A stretch of DNA of 64,000 nt from Bdellovibrionales bacterium (GTDB lineage: Bacteria; Bdellovibrionota; Bdellovibrionia; Bdellovibrionales; UBA1609): contig SKYF01000104.1 in NCBI GenBank assembly GCA_007128005.1, positions 1,232 through 65,231 of the forward strand, read 5' to 3'. A model generated the notes under the pieces. That model made no database searches and was not told where the DNA came from. It saw only the letters and a list, made by a program, of their open reading frames with translations. Below are positions 21,084 through 30,100 of this stretch, piece after piece (within the stretch, counting starts at the first letter, position 1; the number at the start of each line of letters is the position of its first letter). Both the position numbers and the translations under genes were made by a program.

Positions 21084-21899
21084 TTAAAAACTCCAGATCA
21101 CAACAACGATTCCTAGCAACCAGAGATATCCCGTAAACAGCTCTAGCCGTCCTTTGCGAACCACATGCAAAATCACTTTTAGGCCGACCAGGGCTGAGAC
21201 ATAGGAGACAATAAAGCCTACAAAAAGAGCTGAAGCTGAAACCTGCGTCCAGTCCACATCCTTGAGCTCTAGAAAACTGGCCCCCAAAATTGCTGGGATC
21301 GCCATCATAAAACTAAACATCGCCGCAGTGTTTTTGGGCAAACCGGCCAAAAGGGCTGTGGCAATGGTAGCTCCTGATCGACTGATTCCTGGGGCAATCG
21401 ACACTCCTTGAGCCACACCAATCAGCAGAGCCTTTTTCCACGTGATCAGGGAAAGGCCTTGCAGATTGTCCAGTTCCAAGCGGGAGTCATCGCCCCCTTT
21501 GCCACGAGTCAAAAGCAACAGCCCCCCCGTGAGAATAAATAAAAACCCAACGGCTCTGAGACTTGAAAAAAGCCCTGTATAAAAATCCTTGAAAAAAAAG
21601 CCCATTAAGGCTGTTGGCAGGGATGCTATAAATACCAGCCCCATAAGCTGGATCTCTGGAGTCATCTTTCGTTTCAAGGGAAAGCTTAAGGCTTCGATAG
21701 TGAGGCGACGAACCAACCGATGATACACTGTCAAAACAGAGAGCAAGGTTCCCAGATGGGCGACCAGGTCAAAGGCCAGATCATGCTCTTCAATCCCCAA
21801 CCAGCTCTGTAAGACCACCAAATGACCAGAGCTGGAAATGGGCAGAAATTCCGTTATCCCCTGAAGAATTCCCAAAATCACAGCCTGTAGCCAATCCAT
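21084..21899 (-). CDS. uppP: undecaprenyl-diphosphate phosphatase UppP (BacA)
   Basis: N-terminal signature GILQGITEFLPISSSGHL and a second motif, PGISRSGATI. Confidence 0.9.
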   Translation of the reverse strand: MDWLQAVILGILQGITEFLPISSSGHLVVLQSWLGIEEHDLAFDLVAHLGTLLSVLTVYHRLVRRLTIEALSFPLKRKMTPEIQLMGLVFIASLPTALMGFFFKDFYTGLFSSLRAVGFLFILTGGLLLLTRGKGGDDSRLELDNLQGLSLITWKKALLIGVAQGVSIAPGISRSGATIATALLAGLPKNTAAMFSFMMAIPAILGASFLELKDVDWTQVSASALFVGFIVSYVSALVGLKVILHVVRKGRLELFTGYLWLLGIVVVIWSF

Positions 21900-21901
21900 A
21901 C

Positions 21902-23068
21902 CTACTCCCCTGCGAAATTCGCCTCCTGTAAAACCTTATTTTCACCCGGAAGAATAGTCAAAGCCAGACTGCCCTCGCCTTGGGCGGTTCGATAGTGGAG
22001 CTGGTATCTGCCAGGGGCAACCGTCGTGGGTCCAAGGGGGCTGTAGCCCTGAAGCCTTCTCACATCTTTTTTACCCAGAGGCTCGAGGCGATACCACAGC
22101 CAGTTCAAACTGCGAATTTCAATAAAGCTGGGAATCTGAGCTTGTACATGAGCCGAAGACTGGGGCGAAGACCCCGACAGCCAAACTAGGCTTGCGAGCA
22201 CCATGCCTAGGATGGCTGACCTGCTCAATAGGGGCCGAGCTTTCTTCAACCTGAAAGCGGGAACCAATCCCGCAGAAGGACAAACCATGGTGTGTTGACC
22301 CGATTGAGCCAGATGCTTTTTGACCTTTGCCACCTTTTCAGCCAATCCTCTTTGGCTGTGTTGAGAGGGCTTTAGTTGACGCCAAGTTCTATTTTGAGGT
22401 TCTGGAGCAAGGTAACTGTGACCCCGTTGACAATAACGACCTGGATTCCACTCATGAAGCCCCTCAAGGGACCACTTTCTGAGCATTAGCCCCTCAAGAA
22501 TCCCGAGAGCAAACAAGTCTGCAGCCAAGCTCATAGTCTTTCCCTTAAGCACTTCTGGAGCCGCAAACATGGGTGTCATCTGGTTGCAGCGATCACTAAA
22601 GTTAGCCAGTCCAAAGTCAATCAACCTTACTTGACCCTGGATGTCCACGAGCACATTGTCCACACTGAGGTCTCCATGACACAGCGACACCTTTTGCAAA
22701 TCTCGCAAGCCCCTTTGGATCTGGGCCACTATTTCAGCAGCCAGCGCGCGGCTGAGATGGCAGTGCTGAATTAGCTGAGACAGGGTAACTCCATCTACAA
22801 ACTCCAGCACCAGGACAGGCCGCCCCTCTAACTGCTCAAAAGACAAAAGGCGAACGCAGTGGGGTGATTGAACACGACAGAGTGAACTGAACTCTTGTCT
22901 CAATTTTTCGACTTCATTCTTAGAATGAAGAAACTTAAGGGCCACTCGCTGCCTAAAACCACTCATGGCATCTTGCCTATAAGCCTCATAGACACGAGCA
23001 CTAGAGCCCTGGCCAATTGTCTTAACTAACTGATAGGTCAACGGGCGACCCCGCAAAAAATCATCCAT
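21902..23068 (-). CDS. Hanks-type Ser/Thr protein kinase, non-RD, with C-terminal TM and small extracytoplasmic domain
   Basis: G-loop GQGSSARVYEA, VALKF, catalytic loop CHGDLSVDNVLV (HGD rather than HRD), DFGLA and APEVL. A TM segment (AILGMVLASLVWLSG) follows the kinase domain. Confidence 0.85.
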   Translation of the reverse strand: MDDFLRGRPLTYQLVKTIGQGSSARVYEAYRQDAMSGFRQRVALKFLHSKNEVEKLRQEFSSLCRVQSPHCVRLLSFEQLEGRPVLVLEFVDGVTLSQLIQHCHLSRALAAEIVAQIQRGLRDLQKVSLCHGDLSVDNVLVDIQGQVRLIDFGLANFSDRCNQMTPMFAAPEVLKGKTMSLAADLFALGILEGLMLRKWSLEGLHEWNPGRYCQRGHSYLAPEPQNRTWRQLKPSQHSQRGLAEKVAKVKKHLAQSGQHTMVCPSAGLVPAFRLKKARPLLSRSAILGMVLASLVWLSGSSPQSSAHVQAQIPSFIEIRSLNWLWYRLEPLGKKDVRRLQGYSPLGPTTVAPGRYQLHYRTAQGEGSLALTILPGENKVLQEANFAGE

Positions 23069-23121
23069 ACAATGATCCTATTCAATAATTAAGCCAAGAT
23101 CAGGCAGAGCATGGGCCCCTA

Positions 23122-23586
23122 TCAAGACCCCTGGATCTGATATTTACGACGGTCTATTCTCTGACCAATTGCCTTATGACACTCAGCACTCAACTGTCTA
23201 TTGCGGGAGATCTCTTCCAGCACGGATAGGTCTAGAATTTCTCCGACAGCCCCCCTGCAAAGCTCATTCAGATAAGCTCGTCGCGCAGTGGACCAGGAGC
23301 CCCACAATGAGGGGGCAAAGCAGGCCTCTGGCAAATGCCCCAGCTCGATTTGCCTGGCACACAAAGCCTTCAACTTTTCATTTTGAATTTGGCCTTTTAG
23401 GATGAGATCCAGCTCCTGTTCGGAGCTTGCCCGAACGAATTCTCTCCAATTGAAAGCCTCCGCCCTCTCTGCCCTCTCCGCGTGAGCCACATTTATCCCC
23501 AAACACCAGCAAAGAAGCCCAAGCACAGCAACAACTGTCCTGGGAACATCAAGCCCACCCTTGCCCTTCCTACGATTTTCCTTCAT
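23122..23586 (-). CDS. hypothetical secreted Cys-containing protein
   Basis: N-terminal signal-like segment (VVAVLGLLCWCLGINVAHA). Overlaps the upstream gene by 4 nt. No family recognised. Confidence 0.5.
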   Translation of the reverse strand: MKENRRKGKGGLDVPRTVVAVLGLLCWCLGINVAHAERAERAEAFNWREFVRASSEQELDLILKGQIQNEKLKALCARQIELGHLPEACFAPSLWGSWSTARRAYLNELCRGAVGEILDLSVLEEISRNRQLSAECHKAIGQRIDRRKYQIQGS

Positions 23587-24017
23587 TCTGCGAGCCTCCC
23601 AAGTAGATCTGTCAGTATCGGTCCAAATAACAACAGCAATAAGGCTGGTGCCTGAAAGAGCATCAGGGGAATCAAACCCAAGATGGGCAGCCTCCGGAGG
23701 TGAAGCTCCAATTGATCCCGACAGGCCTCCACCATCTCCTTCTCCAAATCATTAAGGCCACTCAATATGGGCTCGCCCCGGAGTCCCCGTTCAAAAAGGC
23801 TAAATAGAGCTCTACGGTAAGAACTCTGCTGGCGAGCAATAAAACCCTCAGTGGATACTCCTTGTTCATAGAGAATTCGCCACTGTCTTAATTCATCTGC
23901 AAAATCTCCTTGGGCTTCCCCCAGGTAATCAACCAGAGCTCGGTTCACCGATGCTCCATTCTCAAGTCCCAATCGCACTTCTAAAAGACAGGCCAACGGG
24001 GGAGCTAAACCTTCCAT
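23583..24017 (-). CDS. short T2SSF-domain (TadC-like) protein
   Basis: By eye it parallels the cytoplasmic T2SSF domain of the TadB at 46287 (..GLENGASVNRAL..G.F..EL.., ..RGLRGEPILSGLNDL..), followed by a single C-terminal hydrophobic region (LPILGLIPLMLFQAPALLLLLFGPIL). Confidence 0.5.
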   Translation of the reverse strand: MEGLAPPLACLLEVRLGLENGASVNRALVDYLGEAQGDFADELRQWRILYEQGVSTEGFIARQQSSYRRALFSLFERGLRGEPILSGLNDLEKEMVEACRDQLELHLRRLPILGLIPLMLFQAPALLLLLFGPILTDLLGRLAE

Positions 24018-24802
24018 TTTATCTTCCCTCCCAAGAGGTAACTTAAGACAAGACCTATAAGGAACAATGTGAAGGACAGGAGAATCAGCTTCCAGTTGCT
24101 GAGAAAACCAAATTGAGCCATCACAAACACCATGAGAAATAGGTAAAGCAGCGCCAGCAAACCGGACTGCAAGTGGAGTTGGGCCAGCAGTTGGCCGGAC
24201 CTTCGTCGAAAGTCATTCTCGATCTGCAGCTTCCGTCGCAGATTCTCCAAGCGCTCCACAGCTCGATGCCCCTGCTGATCGATTTTTCTAAACTCTCGAC
24301 ACCATTCTCCCAATGACCCTCTTGGAAAAACGCTCTGGCCCTCTGTCACCTGTTGTGAAAAAACCACAGACTGCATCAAATCACCTAGCTTTTTCCTAAA
24401 GTAAATGTCTTCACTTCTTTCAATTGCCTTTTGAAAAGCGGAGCGAAAACCACTGCCCATTTTCATAGATAAAATCGTCTCCTGAACCAGCGGAAAAAGG
24501 CCATGGGAGAGCTTTCTACGACATCGCAGGTGAATAAAAAACTCCGCCTGGTAAAAGACAAAGACCGGAGTAAAGGCATTCAGAGTGATCCAAAAAATAG
24601 AATCTGAAAGCCCATGGGACAGGATCAAAATCAGATAATAGGTGGTGCCAAATTTTGTCAGCACTTCCTTCGAAAGCAATGCTTGAGATTGCCACTGACG
24701 AAGTGTCCGAACCACGAACACAAATCCGAAAACCGAACTCAATAAACCAATTAAAACCATCACGACTCCCTCGTCGCGAAAATTTGCAAAAAAAGTGCTC
24801 AA
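24005..24802 (-). CDS. T2SSF-family (TadB/TadC-like) inner-membrane platform protein
   Basis: N-terminal TMs, a cytoplasmic domain (MKMGSGFRSAFQKAIERSED), then LENLRRKLQIENDFRRRSGQLLAQLHLQSGLLALLYLFL, which resembles the TadB/C pattern before the C-terminal TMs. Confidence 0.55.
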   Translation of the reverse strand: MSTFFANFRDEGVVMVLIGLLSSVFGFVFVVRTLRQWQSQALLSKEVLTKFGTTYYLILILSHGLSDSIFWITLNAFTPVFVFYQAEFFIHLRCRRKLSHGLFPLVQETILSMKMGSGFRSAFQKAIERSEDIYFRKKLGDLMQSVVFSQQVTEGQSVFPRGSLGEWCREFRKIDQQGHRAVERLENLRRKLQIENDFRRRSGQLLAQLHLQSGLLALLYLFLMVFVMAQFGFLSNWKLILLSFTLFLIGLVLSYLLGGKIKWKV

Positions 24803-24816
24803 GTTATTTTTTTCTA

Positions 24817-24844
24817 TTGACGATAGGAGTCACGCAGGTACACT
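24817..24844 (+). promoter_or_regulatory. putative sigma-70 promoter of the H1-like gene
   Basis: TTGACG (24817-24822), a 16-nt spacer, then TACACT (24839-24844). The leader contains a CACTTGTAAGTG palindrome and a 7-bp hairpin (CAATGTT/AACATTG, 24860-24877). Confidence 0.4.
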
Positions 24845-24902
24845 TGTAAGTGCAAGCAACAATGTTCAACAACATTGATAACTCATCCGAGGAGGAGACA
24901 AA

Positions 24903-25109
24903 ATGGCAAAAAAGAAAAAAGCAGTAAAGAAGACTGCTAAGAAGGCTACAAAAAAGGCCACTAAGAAGGCTACAAAAAAGGCCACTACTGCTAAAAAAGC
25001 TGCTAAAAAAGTAGTAAAAAAGGCTAAAAAGGCTGTAAAGAAGGCCACCAAGAAAGCCGGCTCTACTGTGAAGAAGGCTGCTAAGAAAGTATCTCGCAAG
25101 AAGAAGTAA
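24903..25109 (+). CDS. lysine/alanine-rich histone H1-like nucleoid protein
   Basis: 68 aa made almost entirely of KKA(T/V)KK repeats. Strong SD GAGGAGG 7 nt upstream and an intrinsic terminator directly downstream fix the strand. The antisense 84-aa ORF is a shadow. Confidence 0.85.
   Translation: MAKKKKAVKKTAKKATKKATKKATKKATTAKKAAKKVVKKAKKAVKKATKKAGSTVKKAAKKVSRKKK
24937..24984 (+). repeat. perfect 24-bp tandem duplication inside the H1-like gene
   Basis: CTAAGAAGGCTACAAAAAAGGCCA occurs at 24937-24960 and again at 24961-24984. Each unit encodes two KKAT-type repeats. Confidence 0.9.
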
Positions 25110-25141
25110 GTTTCACTCATAGATTGAGAGAAACCGATGAA

Positions 25142-25168
25142 CCCCTGGCCCTGGCCGGGGGTTTTTTA
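25142..25168 (+). terminator. rho-independent terminator of the H1-like gene
   Basis: GC-rich dyad CCCCTGGCC/GGCCGGGGG (imperfect) followed by TTTTTT, starting about 30 nt after the stop. Confidence 0.75.
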
Positions 25169-25945
25169 TTAGAAGAGCCGAGCTCGTATCCCCTCTTGTT
25201 GGAAGAACTTCTTGATAGCTTCTTGGTCCAAAGGCTTCAGACGCCAGAGCAACTCATGGAGAAGCTGGACTGTATCCTCCCCTTTTTTGGAGCGTAGAGC
25301 CTGGGTGAAATAGGCCATATCTTGGGTGATGGTGTTGATGTTTTTGATCATATCCATAATTTCTCTATTGTCCGTGGTCTTTTCAATTTGCTTGAGGACC
25401 TGATTTAAATTCACCACAAGCTTGTTGATGGTCTCGATGGTGTCCACAATGGATCCCTCATTCTGCTCAACGAACTCTATGATCTTGCCAGCTAGGCCAT
25501 AGCTCTGGGAAATTAACTGATCAATTCTGGGCGGATCCTCACCTCTCACCAAAGACCCCGGGGTAAATGTTGGAGCTCCAGCTGGACCCGGCGTGATTTC
25601 AATAAACTTCTCTCCAATGACTCCAGCCAAATTGATAAAAAAGCGGCTTCCCTCAGTCACTGTCGGCCAAGCCTGGCGATCTATGGAAACTTTGATCCTC
25701 AGTTTGACCTCTTCTCCCGTGGGCATTGTCTGTTCGGGTTCAAAAACGATCTCCTTAACTCGACCAACTCGAATTCCCATGACTCTTACGGGTGAGCCCA
25801 CCTCAATGCCTCCAGCAAAATTATAGGCCAAATTGAGATCATAGGTCCGAGCAAAGGGATTGATCGCCCCTAAACTATAGGCAAAGCCCACCACCAAGAT
25901 AACGGCAACAATAAACATGATACCGACTTTAAATTCCGCCTTCAT
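25169..25945 (-). CDS. mlaD: MlaD/MCE-domain substrate-binding protein
   Basis: N-terminal TM plus an MCE domain (FAGGIEVGSPVRVMGIRVGRVKEI). Last gene of the Mla-like operon. Confidence 0.85.
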   Translation of the reverse strand: MKAEFKVGIMFIVAVILVVGFAYSLGAINPFARTYDLNLAYNFAGGIEVGSPVRVMGIRVGRVKEIVFEPEQTMPTGEEVKLRIKVSIDRQAWPTVTEGSRFFINLAGVIGEKFIEITPGPAGAPTFTPGSLVRGEDPPRIDQLISQSYGLAGKIIEFVEQNEGSIVDTIETINKLVVNLNQVLKQIEKTTDNREIMDMIKNINTITQDMAYFTQALRSKKGEDTVQLLHELLWRLKPLDQEAIKKFFQQEGIRARLF

Positions 25946-25964
25946 ATTTTGCCCTCACTTTAAA

Positions 25965-26738
25965 TCAGTAAAAGTATGAAAAAATATAAGATAAAACAAA
26001 ATCCATCATAATTATCGTCACTGAAGTTGCTACCACACTATTTGTGGTAGCAACTCCTACTCCCTCCGCTCCGGCCTGGCAGCGCAGCCCAAAATACAGG
26101 CTAAATAAGGGAATCACAGCCCCAAAAAAGCCCGCTTTAATAACGGAAAACACCAAATCCTGAAATGTTACAAACGCCCTCATTGCCATTAGGAAGCTGC
26201 CACTAGAGTAACCCAAACTCCACTGACTCACCAGCATTGCAACATAGATACAGACCATATTGGCAAGGACAGTTAAGACCATCACTCCAAGAATACTGGC
26301 ATAAAGTCTTGGGACCAAAAGGTAGCGAACTGGGTGAATCCCTAACATTTTAAGTGCATCTATTTGCTCAGTCACCTGCATAGAGGCCACTTCTGCCGCA
26401 TAGCCCGCTCCCACTCTTGAGGTGACGAGTAAGGCTGTCACTACGACTCCTAACTCTCTCAATATCAAAAGAGCTGCAAAGCCCGGCACTAGAGAGTCGT
26501 TTTGCACTACAATCTTCATATGGAAAGAGGCCTCCATAATGGTCACCGCGGCTGCAAAACTAACGGATAGAAGCACTACGGGTGCACTTCCCCAAATCAC
26601 AAAACTGAGCTGTTGAACAGTTTCCCGCACCCTTATGGGAGGAGTCACCGCAGCCCAAAGGGCAAAGGCCAGGAGGCTCAACACTCCCCAAACATGAGAA
26701 AAACTAAAGATAATTCTCTGACCTAAAGCCGTAACCAA
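25965..26738 (-). CDS. mlaE: MlaE-family ABC permease (copy 2)
   Basis: MlaE signature MQVTEQIDALKMLGIHPVRYLLVPR and a multi-TM layout. Confidence 0.85.
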   Translation of the reverse strand: MVTALGQRIIFSFSHVWGVLSLLAFALWAAVTPPIRVRETVQQLSFVIWGSAPVVLLSVSFAAAVTIMEASFHMKIVVQNDSLVPGFAALLILRELGVVVTALLVTSRVGAGYAAEVASMQVTEQIDALKMLGIHPVRYLLVPRLYASILGVMVLTVLANMVCIYVAMLVSQWSLGYSSGSFLMAMRAFVTFQDLVFSVIKAGFFGAVIPLFSLYFGLRCQAGAEGVGVATTNSVVATSVTIIMMDFVLSYIFSYFY

Positions 26739-26739
26739 A

Positions 26740-27516
26740 CTACTCTCCCATATAGATTCTAAGAGCTACTTCACTGAAGACACTTGTCACCCAGTCTGCA
26801 ATCACAATGGCCACCATCGTAGCCACAGCTGTGTTCACCACAGCCTTACCCACCCCCCTGGCTCCACCGCTTGCCGTGTAACCCTTGTAAGTGCAAATGC
26901 TCGCCAGCACCATGGCAAAGACTAGACATTTGAATAGTCCGCTGAATATGGAAAAAGAGGTCACTATTGTTGGAATGTGACGAAGATACTCTTGTGCCGA
27001 AATCCCTGAAAAATACAGCCCCATCAACAGTCCACCACCAATGGACATCAAGAGCCCCACGGCCAGTAAAAAAAAACTCGAACAAACTATACCCACCCAA
27101 CGCGGCAAAATGATTTCTTGAATGGGATTTGCCCCAAGGCAGCGAACAGCATCTATTTGTTCTGTGACCCGCATGGTTCCAAGCTCCGCTGAGGTAAAAG
27201 CTCCAACTTTTCCACTGAGCATAAAGGCAATCAATAAGGGCCCCACCTCTCGGATCGTTCCACTTGTTGCCAAGCCCCCAAGATACCCAAGAGCACCGAA
27301 TTGCTGGACCTGCATAGTGAACTGGACAGTCATAATAGCACCTACAAAAAAACCCGCCACGGCAGTGGTGAACCAACTCTGCTCAGTGACCTTGACAATC
27401 TGCTCACTAATGGATCGGAAACTGCAAGGATAGAATAGGGCTACGGCGAGAACTTCACGCATAAATAGCACTCCCCCGCCAATATCTTCGACAATATCCT
27501 TAAGCACCTTCAGCAC
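26740..27516 (-). CDS. mlaE: MlaE-family ABC permease (copy 1)
   Basis: MlaE signature MRVTEQIDAVRCLGANPIQEIILPR. Paralogous to the adjacent permease. Confidence 0.85.
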   Translation of the reverse strand: MLKVLKDIVEDIGGGVLFMREVLAVALFYPCSFRSISEQIVKVTEQSWFTTAVAGFFVGAIMTVQFTMQVQQFGALGYLGGLATSGTIREVGPLLIAFMLSGKVGAFTSAELGTMRVTEQIDAVRCLGANPIQEIILPRWVGIVCSSFFLLAVGLLMSIGGGLLMGLYFSGISAQEYLRHIPTIVTSFSIFSGLFKCLVFAMVLASICTYKGYTASGGARGVGKAVVNTAVATMVAIVIADWVTSVFSEVALRIYMGE

Positions 27517-28243
27517 TTAAGGCCTCCTCAAGAAAGTCTCTGACCAGTGGATGAGGGCTCTTTTTAAGATGTTCCACATTACCTTGTTCCACAATATGAC
27601 CTTGATCGAGAACAATAATTCGATCAGCAATATCTAGAGCACAATGCATATCATGGGAAACTACAATAGAAGTAGTCTGCAGCCTTCTGGATAACTCGAG
27701 AATCAGCTGGTTGACGGCGTTTGTGGTGATCGGATCCAATCCCGTGGTGGGTTCATCAAATAGAAGGATCTCTGGACCAACGGCGAGTGTTCTTGCTAGA
27801 CTCACTCTTTTTTGCATTCCGTAAGAGATCTCCTGAGGGAGCTTGGTCTCAATTCCATTTAAATGAACTAAGTTCAGACATTCTTTGACCCGACTCTCGA
27901 CCTCAGACTCTGAGAGATTGGGCCAGTGGCGCCGCAAGCCAAAGGCTACATTTTCAAAAATAGACAAAGAATCAAACAAAGCCGGATGTTGAAATACCAT
28001 GCCACACTTTTTGCGCACAGCCAGATACTCCTGCTCGGTCAGGGAGGAAACTTCCTGGTCGTTGATCCATATTTTGCCGCTCGTGGGTCGCATCAAGCCC
28101 ACAAGATTCTTTAAAAGAACCGACTTTCCCGTACCCGAGGTCCCTAAGATAAACAGGATCTCTCCCTTGGCGATGGAAAAAGTAATCCCTTTTAATACCT
28201 CTTTAGTTCCAAAGCTCTTTTTTACGCCCTCAAACCGAATCAT
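27500..28243 (-). CDS. mlaF: MlaF-like ABC ATPase (copy 2)
   Basis: Walker A GTSGTGKSV, signature ISYGMQKRVSLAR and Walker B LLFDEPTTGLDP. Confidence 0.9.
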   Translation of the reverse strand: MIRFEGVKKSFGTKEVLKGITFSIAKGEILFILGTSGTGKSVLLKNLVGLMRPTSGKIWINDQEVSSLTEQEYLAVRKKCGMVFQHPALFDSLSIFENVAFGLRRHWPNLSESEVESRVKECLNLVHLNGIETKLPQEISYGMQKRVSLARTLAVGPEILLFDEPTTGLDPITTNAVNQLILELSRRLQTTSIVVSHDMHCALDIADRIIVLDQGHIVEQGNVEHLKKSPHPLVRDFLEEALSAEGA

Positions 28244-29022
28244 TCTTCGGCTCCTTCAGTCAGAGGGCCCTGGAGCTGTCCTCGAATAAACTGCTGAACT
28301 CTGGGGTCGGGGTGTCTTTTTGTTTCCTCCACAGTGCCGGAAAGACTCACCCCTCCTCCTTCAACAAGGGCAATCTGATCTGCCAGTTGGTAGGCTCTCG
28401 CCATGTCGTTTGTGACCGCAATAAGAGTTGAGGATTTCTCCCTCTGCAAGTCACAGATAAGATCAATGATCTTACGACTGGTAATGGGATCTAGGCCTGC
28501 AGTGGGGTCATCATAGAGAATAATTTCTGGGTCGAGGGCCAGGGCGCGGGCGATTCCCAAGCGCTTTTGCATTCCTCCGCTTATTTCACTTGGATAGAGG
28601 TTGACCGATGCCTCAAGACCAACGGCCTGGAGGAAGTACTCCACCTTTTGCCGGATCTCGGCTTCAGAGAGCCCTTTGACTTCACGAAGGGGAAAGGCCA
28701 CATTTTCCCCCACCGTCAAGGAGTCAAAAAGAGCATTGCGCTGAAACAGCATCCCCATGCGCAAACTCAAAGACTCCCTCTCCTGGGGAGTGCATTGATG
28801 GATGTTGACTCCACTGACCCAAACCTCCCCCTCAGATGGCTCTATCAGTCCAGCAATCAGCTTTAGAAGAACCGATTTTCCCGATCCACTGGGCCCAATA
28901 AGGACTAGCTTTAGACCCTTCTCCAGCTGCAGAGAAATTTGCCGCAAAACGGGGACTGCCCCCACCTGAAAACCAACTTCTTTGAGTCTAATTGCTGTAG
29001 ATGCCACGGCGCAAAACCCCAC
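28240..29022 (-). CDS. mlaF: MlaF-like ABC ATPase (copy 1)
   Basis: Walker A GPSGSGKSV, signature ISGGMQKRLGIAR and Walker B ILYDDPTAGLDP. Confidence 0.9.
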   Translation of the reverse strand: MGFCAVASTAIRLKEVGFQVGAVPVLRQISLQLEKGLKLVLIGPSGSGKSVLLKLIAGLIEPSEGEVWVSGVNIHQCTPQERESLSLRMGMLFQRNALFDSLTVGENVAFPLREVKGLSEAEIRQKVEYFLQAVGLEASVNLYPSEISGGMQKRLGIARALALDPEIILYDDPTAGLDPITSRKIIDLICDLQREKSSTLIAVTNDMARAYQLADQIALVEGGGVSLSGTVEETKRHPDPRVQQFIRGQLQGPLTEGAEE

Positions 29023-29154
29023 TCGATTTTATTCTACCGGAGTGACGAACCCAGGCAACACATATATATAGATAGGAAAAGGTGAAGCATTACGTCAGGA
29101 TGTCAGTAGAATCAGGGCCACAGGCTCTCTCAACAAGGAAAGGCAAAGGAGTTT

Positions 29155-30099
29155 ATGGAGCACAAGAGAAAGAAGTTGTCCGTTATCGGGGCTGGTTTTG
29201 TCGGTTCCACATGCGCTCACTGGGCTGCAGCCAAGGAGCTTGGCGATGTGGTCTTGGTGGATATCAACGAAGGCGCTGCCCAGGGAAAGGCCCTTGACCT
29301 CTTTCAGGCATCTCCCGTGGAGCACTTCGATGCCCGGGTGCAGGGAACGGCCGACTACAAAGACACTGCCAATTCAGATGTGGTTATCATTACCGCTGGA
29401 CTCCCACGTAAACCCGGCATGAGCCGAGACGATCTTCTCAGCACCAATGCTAAAATCATGAAGGACGTTTGCCTGGGAATTAAAGAGTACTCTCCCAACG
29501 CTATTGTTATTGTTGTCAGCAACCCTCTGGATGCCATGGCCTTCGTCGCTAAAGAAACCTTGGGCTTTCCAAGCCATCGAGTGATTGGAATGGCCGGCGT
29601 CCTTGACAGTGCCCGATTTAAGGCTTTCGTCGCCGAGGAGTGCAAAGTTAGCGTTAAAGACGTTCACGCTTTTGTCTTAGGGGGTCACGGAGACACCATG
29701 GTTCCCATGCCCAGACACTGCTCAGTCGGCGGAGTTCCTCTCACCGAGATGCTCTCCGAAGAGCGTATTGAGGCCTTGGTGGATCGCACCAGAAAGGGAG
29801 GGGCTGAGATTGTTGGCCTTTTAAAAACTGGCTCGGCCTATTACGCCCCTGCCGCCTCCTCAGTGCAAATGGCCGAAGCTATTTTAAGGGATCAAAACCG
29901 CATCCTCCCCTGCGCTGCTTTTTTGCAAGGAGAGTATGGTGTTAAGGATTTGTTTATTGGCGTTCTCTGTAAATTGGGTGGAAGAGGCCTTGAGCAGGTC
30001 ATTGAACTTCAACTCAATGAAAAGGAGAGGGCTGGATTGGACCACTCCATCTCAGCGGTCAAAGAACTTGTTGAAGCTTTAAGAAAATTAGAGGTTTAA
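29155..30099 (+). CDS. mdh: malate dehydrogenase (LDH-like MDH)
   Basis: [12 protein letters not shown] Rossmann motif, [16 protein letters not shown] and GGHGDTMVP. Followed by sucCD. Confidence 0.9.
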   Translation: MEHKRKKLSVIGAGFVGSTCAHWAAAKELGDVVLVDINEGAAQGKALDLFQASPVEHFDARVQGTADYKDTANSDVVIITAGLPRKPGMSRDDLLSTNAKIMKDVCLGIKEYSPNAIVIVVSNPLDAMAFVAKETLGFPSHRVIGMAGVLDSARFKAFVAEECKVSVKDVHAFVLGGHGDTMVPMPRHCSVGGVPLTEMLSEERIEALVDRTRKGGAEIVGLLKTGSAYYAPAASSVQMAEAILRDQNRILPCAAFLQGEYGVKDLFIGVLCKLGGRGLEQVIELQLNEKERAGLDHSISAVKELVEALRKLEV

Positions 30100-30100
30100 A

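Noticed and set aside
24866-25120. 84-aa hydrophobic ORF (F/A/V-rich) antisense to the H1-like gene
   Set aside because: It is the mirror image of the Lys/Ala codon repeats (AAG/GCC read backwards gives Phe/Ala/Leu). The SD, promoter and terminator all sit on the + strand.
26846-27376. 176-aa ORF in another frame inside mlaE, plus other long internal or antisense ORFs (e.g. 31264-31761, 45289-45807, 45814-46215, 10138-10497)
   Set aside because: Each is fully contained in a gene with strong family signatures and has biased or low-complexity composition. They are typical shadow ORFs.
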